Source of the DNA: a virus
Reading direction: 5' to 3' (one strand)
IMG/VR virus record: IMGVR_UViG_3300032883_000247
Coordinates: 1-43,470 of that record
DNA length: 43,470 bases
Below the pieces are notes generated by a model. That model did no database searches and was not told where the DNA came from. It worked only from the letters and a program-made list of their open reading frames with translations. Position numbers and translations under genes: made by a program. This document shows, one piece after another, positions 32,515 through 40,317 of this stretch (position 1 is the stretch's first letter; each line of letters begins with the position of its first letter).

Positions 32515-33428
32515 TGCCGAGGCCGGCCGAGACGTCTGATCCGGTCTTGAGCCGGATCGCCGCGCTCGTCGCGCTCTATCGCTCGGCGGCCGCCGCCATC
32601 ACAAATGAATTGACAAACGTCGATGTATCGTCTTATAACGATATCGAGGCAATGAAGGCCGGGAAAAAAGTGGACGCGATCCTCGGAAAACTCTCGCGGA
32701 GCTCGAGCGCGTGGGCCGCTCGCGCGATCTCGCTCACCTACGGCGAGAGGGCCCGCGAGGCGAGAGTCTCTCTCTCGATCCTCGGAGCTCGGCGCGAGCC
32801 GAGGTTCAATACGCAGGAGCATCAGGCGGCCGTCGCTTCGTTCTATATCGACACGATGGACGACCTCCGCAAGGCGAACGCCTCGATCAAGAGGACGGCG
32901 GACTCGATCCTCCTCCTCGCGCGGCAATCGGCCGGGGTGCTCTCCTCCTTCCAGGCCTTCGATGAGCGATCCGCCGCTCTCTCGGCTACGCAGGTGAACA
33001 CGTGGGCGGCCGAGGCCGTCACTCAGAAGTGGTCGCGCGATAAACTCTCGTGGCTCATCAAAAAGCACCTCCAGGCGCAACTTTCGGGCGGGAAGTTGAT
33101 CTCTATCAAGGGCCGATCCTATTCGCTCAACTACTATGCCGAGATGGTGGCGCGGACGGAGTTGAGGAGGGCTCAATCGAAGGCGACCGATCTGATGTGC
33201 GAGGAGTACGCGAACGATCTCGTCGAGTTCTCCCGCCACGCGAACTCCTGCGAGATCTGCCGGCCTCACGAGGGCCGCGTTTTCTCTCGCTCCGGCCGGG
33301 ATCCGAACTACCCGCGCCTCTCGGAGGAACTCACGCCGCCGCTCCACCCGAACTGCGGCCACTCGATCGGGCCGACCTCGAGGGAGGCGATTGAGTATCG
33401 GAAAATTTGGGAGGAGGGCCACGCATGA
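32514..33428 (+). CDS. phage head morphogenesis protein (SPP1 gp7 / Mu F family)
   Basis: C-terminal signature CEICRPHEGRVF...PPLHPNCGHSIGP (C..C...G...P.lHPnC.c). Confidence 0.75.
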   Translation: MPRPAETSDPVLSRIAALVALYRSAAAAITNELTNVDVSSYNDIEAMKAGKKVDAILGKLSRSSSAWAARAISLTYGERAREARVSLSILGARREPRFNTQEHQAAVASFYIDTMDDLRKANASIKRTADSILLLARQSAGVLSSFQAFDERSAALSATQVNTWAAEAVTQKWSRDKLSWLIKKHLQAQLSGGKLISIKGRSYSLNYYAEMVARTELRRAQSKATDLMCEEYANDLVEFSRHANSCEICRPHEGRVFSRSGRDPNYPRLSEELTPPLHPNCGHSIGPTSREAIEYRKIWEEGHA

Positions 33429-33745
33429 TCGGGGCCTATTTGATCGATAAGGTTCACTTTATCCACGACGAGCACGACGCGTGGGGAAATAAGATTCCCG
33501 CGAGCCATCTCGATATCGTCGTCCGGGGGAGGATCGTCTACAAGGCGCGCCGGATCACGGACTTCAAGGGCGAGGAGGTGATCTCCACGTTCTCGCTCCT
33601 CGTCCGGGACTCGCTGATCGGGAGCGGCGCCGGAAACGTGATCGATTTCTCGTGGTTCGTGGTCGTCAATAACTACGAGTGGCCGATCAAGATGATCTCG
33701 AAACCGAGGGATTTCCGAACCTCTCATATTGAGGTTTTCTTATGA
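33425..33745 (+). CDS. hypothetical head-completion/neck protein
   Basis: ATGA coupling at both ends. 106 aa. Lies between the head-morphogenesis and gp10-like genes. Confidence 0.6.
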   Translation: MIGAYLIDKVHFIHDEHDAWGNKIPASHLDIVVRGRIVYKARRITDFKGEEVISTFSLLVRDSLIGSGAGNVIDFSWFVVVNNYEWPIKMISKPRDFRTSHIEVFL

Positions 33746-34158
33746 TCACGTTCGCGTATGATTTCTCCGCCTTCAAGGCCGACTTCCACCGGATCATCCG
33801 CGAGGAGACGGAGAAGGCGCGGCGCGCCCTTTTTATCGTGGCCGCCGAGCTCCGGCATGATGCACAGGCGGTCGAGCCGACGACGCCGAAAAAGGAGGGT
33901 TTCCTCCGAGGATCGTGGAAGGAGGAGATCGAGGTCAACGAGGGCGGGACGTTCTCGCTCGCGGCCGGCTATGATATCGAGTACGCCGCCTATGTCCACG
34001 AAATGGTGCGCTCCGAAATGTGGGGCGAGGCCGGGATCAGTTGGAGCGAGCCGGGATCCGGCGCGAAGTTCCTCGAGACAAAGGTCGTGGTGTTCGGCAA
34101 TAAATATATCGGCCTCCTCGCCTTTGCCTGCGGGAGGGCTCTGCAGGGGTTGCCTTAA
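33742..34158 (+). CDS. HK97 gp10-family head-tail joining protein
   Basis: AVEPTTPKKEGFLRGSWKEEIE...GYDIEYAAYVHE matches the HK97-gp10-like pattern (P..tG.Lr.s ... YA..vE). Confidence 0.65.
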   Translation: MITFAYDFSAFKADFHRIIREETEKARRALFIVAAELRHDAQAVEPTTPKKEGFLRGSWKEEIEVNEGGTFSLAAGYDIEYAAYVHEMVRSEMWGEAGISWSEPGSGAKFLETKVVVFGNKYIGLLAFACGRALQGLP

Positions 34159-34583
34159 TGCTTAACGAAATCACGCTTTTCATCATCGGCCACTGCTCGC
34201 TCGGATGGACGATCGGCGAGGATATCTTCGCCGGCTACCTCCCGCTCAGGACGGTGAGCAATCTCCCCGTTCCGAAGCGGGTCGTCGTGATCCTTGAGCG
34301 CACGCCGGGCGCCGTCGTCGGAGATCTGCCGGATTATGCCGATAAATTCATCCAGATCTGGAATCGGGCCGAGACGTATCAGGAGGCCAAGACCGATGCG
34401 GAGGAACTCTACGCCTGCCTCCACGGCTCCTCCGGATGGGCTCTCCCTGTCTTCGTGAGCGGCGTCGCGCTCTACGCCTGCGTGATCGATGCGCTCGGGA
34501 CTCCCGCGCCGATCGCCAACCCGAACGATAAGGGGCTCTTTGAGTTTTCAACAAACTACGTTTTTAGGATAGAAAACCCGTGA
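34158..34583 (+). CDS. putative tail terminator/completion protein
   Basis: TAATG coupling. 141 aa. Lies immediately before the major tail protein gene. Confidence 0.45.
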   Translation: MLNEITLFIIGHCSLGWTIGEDIFAGYLPLRTVSNLPVPKRVVVILERTPGAVVGDLPDYADKFIQIWNRAETYQEAKTDAEELYACLHGSSGWALPVFVSGVALYACVIDALGTPAPIANPNDKGLFEFSTNYVFRIENP

Positions 34584-34614
34584 CGAAACACGGGGATTTA
34601 TAGGAGGTTCAATT

Positions 34615-35136
34615 ATGGGCCAAAAACTACCGATGGGCGACATTGGGCCGTGCGAGATCGAGTGGGGTTATGGCGAGAGCGGAGCTCTCACCCTCGCTCC
34701 CTTTCTCGGAACAGTCACGCTCAAACAGGCGGACACGACCAAAGACGTCCAAGAGGAGGCCTTCGGCGAGGCCGCCGTTGACGCCGTGTTCGGAGGCTCT
34801 CAGATGGAGCTCGACGCTCCGATGACCCGCTCCTCGCTCACGCAACTCGAGGCCGTGCTCCTCGGCGCGCTCACGGGTTCGGTGCTCACGATCAAGGGGA
34901 TGGTCGGGTGCGATATGTACGCGCACGCGAAGGCAATGGTGATCAAACCGGTCTGCGATAACGTCCCGTCGACGAATCACGCCGAGTGGATTCACCTCTA
35001 CAAAACCTACCCCTATCGGAAGTGGGAACTCCAGTTCGACCGCTCCAATCAGCGCATTTTCCTCGTCGGGTTCAAGATCTTCATCAGCCAGGATTCGCTC
35101 ACGCTCGGAGACTTCGGCACGATCGGGATGCTCTAA
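34615..35136 (+). CDS. major tail (tube) protein, by position
   Basis: RBS atAGGAGGttcaatt. 173 aa. Lies directly upstream of the chaperone pair and the tape measure gene. Confidence 0.55.
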   Translation: MGQKLPMGDIGPCEIEWGYGESGALTLAPFLGTVTLKQADTTKDVQEEAFGEAAVDAVFGGSQMELDAPMTRSSLTQLEAVLLGALTGSVLTIKGMVGCDMYAHAKAMVIKPVCDNVPSTNHAEWIHLYKTYPYRKWELQFDRSNQRIFLVGFKIFISQDSLTLGDFGTIGML

Positions 35137-35166
35137 GTCGTTGGATGAGAGAGGAGAGGAGAAAAC

Positions 35167-35553
35167 ATGAATCGCATCACGATTTCAACGACAAAGACGC
35201 TCCACCCGCCGATCGAAGTGGAGATCGATGGTCAGGTCTATGAGGTGCGCCTCAACCGAGGCACGTTCGAGAGGATCGAGGAGCTCGCGGTCGAGCTCCG
35301 CAAGATCCGGCCGGACACGACCGACAATTATCGGGCCATCTTCATTCTCTACGAGCAGATCGAGATGATGACGGGCGCGCCTCGCGAGGTGGTCGAGAAG
35401 ATCGACTACAACGATCTTAAATCGATCATCGATTTTATTTTCGAGAAATACTACGGGAAGGCGCCGGCGCCGGCGACGCCTCCCGTGGCCGTTCCGGAGA
35501 CGCCTCCGGAGGCCGGAGCAGAGAAGATCGGGGAGAGCGCAAAAAACGGATAA
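35167..35553 (+). CDS. tail assembly chaperone (gpG-like, zero-frame product)
   Basis: RBS GAGAGGAGAGGAGaaaac. 128 aa. Ends GCA AAA AAC GGA TAA, with a slippery heptamer in phase. Confidence 0.8.
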   Translation: MNRITISTTKTLHPPIEVEIDGQVYEVRLNRGTFERIEELAVELRKIRPDTTDNYRAIFILYEQIEMMTGAPREVVEKIDYNDLKSIIDFIFEKYYGKAPAPATPPVAVPETPPEAGAEKIGESAKNG

Positions 35554-35798
35554 AGGCCTGGGGAGGCGCGATCGCCTATATCGCGAGCGCGTTCCCTGGG
35601 CTTTTCACCTACACGCAACTCCTCAATCTCGACGCTCGGGATTTCGATTACTGGCTCCGAGAGGCGCAGGAGAAACGGATCATCGACAAGATGAACGCTC
35701 TTGGCATCGAGCGCATGGGTATGGCCGACGACGCCTCGTATCGCCGGCAGATGTTGATCCTCGAGTGGGATTTAAAACTGCTCGAAAAGAGCAGATAA
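35167..35798 (+). CDS. tail assembly chaperone, -1 frameshift fusion product (gpGT-like; join 35167-35547 with 35547-35798)
   Basis: After a -1 slip on A_AAA_AAC (35541-35547), the -1 frame stays open for about 84 codons (KKRIKAWGGAIAYIASAFPGLFTYTQLLNLDARDFDYWL...LEKSR) and stops at TAA 35796-35798, 10 nt before the tape measure start. Confidence 0.75.
35541..35547 (+). promoter_or_regulatory. -1 programmed ribosomal frameshift slippery heptamer A_AAA_AAC
   Basis: The zero-frame codons AAA (35542-35544) and AAC (35545-35547) are in the correct X_XXY_YYZ phase, 4 nt before the gpG stop. Confidence 0.75.
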
Positions 35799-35808
35799 GG
35801 AGGGAGAG

Positions 35809-38781
35809 ATGGGCGCAACATTCGTGGCCGGCTCGATCCTCACGCACCTGATCCTCGACGCTAAACAGTTCCAGGCGGCCGTTGGCTCGGTGGATCGCCT
35901 CACCTCCGGAGCGGAGAAATCGCTCGGAAAACTCTCCAACTCGCTCGGCACGTTTTCGGATAAAATGACGAGGACTGGGAAGACGCTCGCGCTCTCCGTC
36001 ACGGCTCCGATCCTCGCGATCGGCGCGGCCGCGGTGAAGATGGCCATGAACGCCGTCGAATCGGAAAACCTTTTCGAGGTTTCGATGGGGAACATGGCCG
36101 GCGCGGCTCGGGCCTGGAGCGTTGATCTCAATAAATCGCTCGGCCTCAACGACTACGAGATCAGGAAAGTCGTCGGGACTTTCAACGTCATGTTCACCTC
36201 GATGGGGCTCGGCGAGAAAGCCGCCTTTGACATGGCGAAAGGGCTCTCCCAACTCGGCTACGACATGGCCTCCTTCTACAACCTCAAACCCGAGGAGGCT
36301 TTCCAGAAATTGCAGGCCGGGATCACGGGAGAGGTCGAGCCGCTCAAACGCCTCGGGATCGTCGTCAACGAGACGACCATCCAACATTGGGCTCTCACGA
36401 ACGGCCTAATCACGCAGGGGCAGACGATGAGCGAGCAACAAAAAATCTACGCTCGCTACAACGTGATCCTCGACGCGACCTCCAAGGCGCAGGGAGATAT
36501 GGGCCGCACGATCGAGTCGCCGGCCAATCAACTCCGCATCCTCCAGGGGCAGGTTCAGAAGGCGGCGATCGAACTCGGGACGTCGCTCCTCCCGGTGATG
36601 AAAACCGTTATGGGAGTCGTCAAGGATGGCATCGCGTGGTGGAACGGCCTCTCGCAGGCGAAGAAGGATTTTATCATCAAAGCGGCCGGCGTCGCGGCCG
36701 CGCTCGGGCCTGTTCTTCTCCTCCTCGGAAAATTCGCCTCCCTCGCCAAGTTGGCGGTCGACGGATCGCGCGGTCTGATCGGCCAGTTCTCGGGGCTCGG
36801 AAAACCGATCGAGAGCGTGGGCGCCGGCCTCAAAAAACTCCCCGCGATCGCCGCCGCCGCGTTTGTCGGATGGCAGATCGGGAAGGCGATCGGAGATATC
36901 ACGGGCCTCGACCACGTGATCGAGGGCGCGACGACGAAACTCATCAAACTCCTCGGAATCGCTAAGGAGACGGACGTTCAATGGCAGGCCGGCCACACGG
37001 ATGCCGAGGCGAGGAGGATCGAGGCACTCGGGGCCGCCTCCGAGATCGCCGGCCGGAAGGTGAAGACGATCCAAGAGGCGATGGATATCCTCTCGGGACA
37101 GTATAAAAAGACCGGCGACGCGGGATCCGCCACGCTCAACGAGATGGTCAAACAACACGATGCGGCCGCCGTGAGCGCGGGGGAGCACGCGAAAAAGACA
37201 GAGGCCGTGGGCGGGGCCTACGCCGGCGCGATCCCGCCGCTCGAGGGGTTCAAGGGCGGCATCGATGCGGCGAAAAAATCGCAAGAGGAGTTTAACTCGT
37301 TCCTCACGGACGCCGGCGTCCAGACGGCCGCGAACGTGACGGAGATTGAGAAGTGGAAGGGCTACGGCGACGCGCTCAACGCGATGCTCGCCACGGGAGC
37401 GATCACGCTCGAGGACTATTGGAAAGGGATGGCCAAGGCCGACGAGGAGCTCGATAAATTCGGCCTCCACCTCTACACGCACCTCCCTCCGGCGAGAGAT
37501 TTCTCGAAGTTAATGCAGGACATGACGCCGATCGTCGAGGATCTTCCTTTCGCCTTTGAGGACTGGGGCGACGCCGTGGGTTATGCGGCCAACAAGATGA
37601 AGATTTCGCTCGAGGACGCGCGCAACCTCACGTGGCAAATCACGAAGATGAAACTCGCGATGGTCGGGATGGCGTGGAATATCCCGACGCTCCCCGATAT
37701 CGATTGGACGAAACTCTCGGAGCCGGGGAAGGATGCGGCCAAGGACGTAGGCTCGGAGTGGGATGGGCTCTTTAACGATATCGCCTCGGCGTGGGGGAAT
37801 ACGATCCAGGCGTTTATCGAGGGAGGGGCCTCGCTCAAGGATACGCTAAAATCGATGTGGCAAGAGGTGAAGGATTCGTTTTTCCGAGTCATCGGGGAGA
37901 TGATCTCAAAATGGGCGGTCGACCTTATCAAGAATACGATCATGGATTTGACGAAAAAGGCGGCGACGGATGCCGCTACCTCGATCGCGAGCGCGGGGAC
38001 GGGGATATCGGGGCTCGCGGCGGCGGCCGGGACGGTCTTCACGACGATCGCGACGATCATCACGACCCTCGCCACGGCGATCGCCACGGCCATAGGCACG
38101 ATCGCAGTAGGATTAGCGACGGCTCTCGTGACGCTCGCCACGGCGATCGCCTCGGCGGCGACGATCCTGGCGGCGGCGGCCGTCCCGCTCCTTATCGTAG
38201 GAGCGATTGCGATTGCTCTCTTTGCCGGATTCAAGGCGATCGAGAGCCTTTTCGGCGGCGGAGGAGGCAAACAGACCGACGTCACCTATTGGCTCAAGAT
38301 GATCCATGGGAACATTCAGGAAGTCCACGATTGCCTCCTCAATGACTATAAAAACGCCTATTTCAACCCGTGGTGGAATTTCTTCGATGGAATAAATTGG
38401 GCGACTCGTGAGACTGTGAACGTGCTCTACGCGATCAAAGATTTCCTCGGGCCGATCCTCTCGGCCGCCGAGTCGATCGACTCGCAGATCTCGAAACTCC
38501 GAGGGGCTCAACACGGGGCTATCTCGACGCAGACGGAGCTCCTCCTCGTCCACGGGACGCCTCAAAAGCCGGAGGTCACGTTGACGGCCGATCAGATCCC
38601 CCGGATCTCCGGAGGGAACGGCGGATCCCGCAACGTGATTTTTAACGCGCAGTTCGATATCCAGGCGATCGACGGAAACTCGATCCGCGAGATCGTGCGA
38701 GGCCGGATCGGGCCGGAGCTCGTGGAGTGGGTCAAGACGAATATCGGAAAGCGCGAACTCGCGCAGGCCTTGGGGGTGTGA
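35809..38781 (+). CDS. tail tape measure protein
   Basis: 990-aa ORF after the G/GT chaperones. It is helical and Ala-rich with a very hydrophobic A/T/I/L segment near the C-terminus. RBS taAGGAGGGAGag. Confidence 0.9.
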   Translation: MGATFVAGSILTHLILDAKQFQAAVGSVDRLTSGAEKSLGKLSNSLGTFSDKMTRTGKTLALSVTAPILAIGAAAVKMAMNAVESENLFEVSMGNMAGAARAWSVDLNKSLGLNDYEIRKVVGTFNVMFTSMGLGEKAAFDMAKGLSQLGYDMASFYNLKPEEAFQKLQAGITGEVEPLKRLGIVVNETTIQHWALTNGLITQGQTMSEQQKIYARYNVILDATSKAQGDMGRTIESPANQLRILQGQVQKAAIELGTSLLPVMKTVMGVVKDGIAWWNGLSQAKKDFIIKAAGVAAALGPVLLLLGKFASLAKLAVDGSRGLIGQFSGLGKPIESVGAGLKKLPAIAAAAFVGWQIGKAIGDITGLDHVIEGATTKLIKLLGIAKETDVQWQAGHTDAEARRIEALGAASEIAGRKVKTIQEAMDILSGQYKKTGDAGSATLNEMVKQHDAAAVSAGEHAKKTEAVGGAYAGAIPPLEGFKGGIDAAKKSQEEFNSFLTDAGVQTAANVTEIEKWKGYGDALNAMLATGAITLEDYWKGMAKADEELDKFGLHLYTHLPPARDFSKLMQDMTPIVEDLPFAFEDWGDAVGYAANKMKISLEDARNLTWQITKMKLAMVGMAWNIPTLPDIDWTKLSEPGKDAAKDVGSEWDGLFNDIASAWGNTIQAFIEGGASLKDTLKSMWQEVKDSFFRVIGEMISKWAVDLIKNTIMDLTKKAATDAATSIASAGTGISGLAAAAGTVFTTIATIITTLATAIATAIGTIAVGLATALVTLATAIASAATILAAAAVPLLIVGAIAIALFAGFKAIESLFGGGGGKQTDVTYWLKMIHGNIQEVHDCLLNDYKNAYFNPWWNFFDGINWATRETVNVLYAIKDFLGPILSAAESIDSQISKLRGAQHGAISTQTELLLVHGTPQKPEVTLTADQIPRISGGNGGSRNVIFNAQFDIQAIDGNSIREIVRGRIGPELVEWVKTNIGKRELAQALGV

Positions 38782-38782
38782 G

Positions 38783-39559
38783 ATGCCGTTTAATTATTCA
38801 GCGACAAATCTCGTGACGGCCGGCACTTTGCTCTCCGTTTCGACGGAATCGACGATCTACAAGAAGGAGTTTCTCTACGACGATCGTCCGAGCAAGCCGT
38901 TCTATTTTACGGCCAAGGCGGGGCAGACGATTTACGTCGATCTCGGCGCGATCGGGACTCCCGTCGATCTGATCGCTCTTTTCAACCATAACCTGACGTT
39001 GGCGGCAACGATGCAGATCGAGGCCAATGATCTCGGATTTCCGGGCGCCGCGCTCTGGACGGGGAATTTCACGTGGCGGCAGTACGATGAGTATATTCTC
39101 CCTCGGGTCGGCTACCGATATTGGCTTTTCACGTTCACCGACGCCGCGAACCCCTCGCTTCCGAGGATCGGCGAGCTCTGGATGGGCGATCTCTGCGCCT
39201 TCACGAAGGCCTACGTGAGGCCGGGGAGGGAGGACGGGAAAACCTATCACGCCGTGGAACAACAGACGAATTACGGCCAGGATTGGGACGTCTATCTTTC
39301 CGAGCAAAAGGAGTTTAAGATCGCGATCGATCATATCCACGAAGACCCCTCGACGGTCGATGAGATCGAGGTCTTTCTCTCCTCGATCGCCGGGCCGGCC
39401 GGCCGATTTGTCCTTATCCCCGATATCGCGCGGCCTCACGTTTTCTTTGTCAAGGTCGTGGGATCGCCGGGCGCGCAGAGGCCGATCGTGGGCGAGCATG
39501 AGCTCCGCGAGTGGTCGCTCGCGATCCGAGAACTCACGCGGGGGATCACCGTCTTATGA
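38783..39559 (+). CDS. putative distal tail protein (by position)
   Basis: 258-aa ORF starting 1 nt after the tape measure stop. Confidence 0.5.
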   Translation: MPFNYSATNLVTAGTLLSVSTESTIYKKEFLYDDRPSKPFYFTAKAGQTIYVDLGAIGTPVDLIALFNHNLTLAATMQIEANDLGFPGAALWTGNFTWRQYDEYILPRVGYRYWLFTFTDAANPSLPRIGELWMGDLCAFTKAYVRPGREDGKTYHAVEQQTNYGQDWDVYLSEQKEFKIAIDHIHEDPSTVDEIEVFLSSIAGPAGRFVLIPDIARPHVFFVKVVGSPGAQRPIVGEHELREWSLAIRELTRGITVL

Positions 39560-40317
39560 GAGAGCTCCGCGATGAGGTGAACGATCTCTGGAGGCAAATC
39601 CAAAGCCTCAACTGGCGTCTCAACGCCACGCGCGCCTCGATCGTCCCCGCTACCGACCCGACTCAATTCGCTTTTATGGATCATTTTTCGGATGCGGATA
39701 TAAATTTTTGGTATAAACAGATCAACAACGCGGCCGGGAAAACGATCACGGAGCCGGCCGGCTCGGACATAGTTTTCACGATCACGGGAGGAGTGAACGC
39801 CACATGGACACTCGGGACAACTAATAACGCTCCCCATCTTTGCCTCGGAAACCCCGGCTACCCATATTATTTAGAAACGAAGATCTCGGCCAGTTCGACG
39901 CTTCCTGCGGATACGATTCAAGCCGGAATCTACGTTGGGAGCGGAGAAGCGACCGGAGCGAACCAGACCGTCCATTTCGGATATTCTTTAAATCCCGCCA
40001 ATTTAGGATACTGGTACAACGACGGCGCGGCCGGAAACCCTCGCGGCCCGATCGGCTTCCCGGCCTATATGAGGATACGGGTGAGCGGCTCTCCCGGCCA
40101 AGGATCGGGATATCGAGTTAGCGCACAATATTCCTCGGACGGGGTCGTCTGGACGACGTATCAAAGCGTCCTCGGGACGGATTGGTACTGGTGGGGCTCG
40201 ACGACCTACTCCTACAACCTCGGCCTTTTCGTTCGGAATTGGGGAGCGTTTCCAGGTTGTATAATTAATTTTGACTATTTCCGGGTCTACCGCGATTTCG
40301 GGCCGGGAGGCTCATAA
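39556..40317 (+). CDS. tail-associated protein with a concanavalin-A-like/LamG (DUF1349-like) jelly-roll domain
   Basis: FMDHFSDADINFW...YLETKIS...IQAGIYVG...YMRIRVSG...YSSDGVVWTT...LGLFVRNWG...INFDYFRVY follows the ConA-like lectin/glucanase pattern. ATGA coupling. Confidence 0.5.
   Translation: MRELRDEVNDLWRQIQSLNWRLNATRASIVPATDPTQFAFMDHFSDADINFWYKQINNAAGKTITEPAGSDIVFTITGGVNATWTLGTTNNAPHLCLGNPGYPYYLETKISASSTLPADTIQAGIYVGSGEATGANQTVHFGYSLNPANLGYWYNDGAAGNPRGPIGFPAYMRIRVSGSPGQGSGYRVSAQYSSDGVVWTTYQSVLGTDWYWWGSTTYSYNLGLFVRNWGAFPGCIINFDYFRVYRDFGPGGS

Noticed and set aside
34577-34594. Short hairpin cccgtg-acgaaa-cacggg overlapping the stop codon of 34158-34583.
   Set aside because: It has only a 6-bp stem and no T-tract. 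Its position between the tail terminator and the major tail gene could suit an attenuator, but the evidence is too weak.
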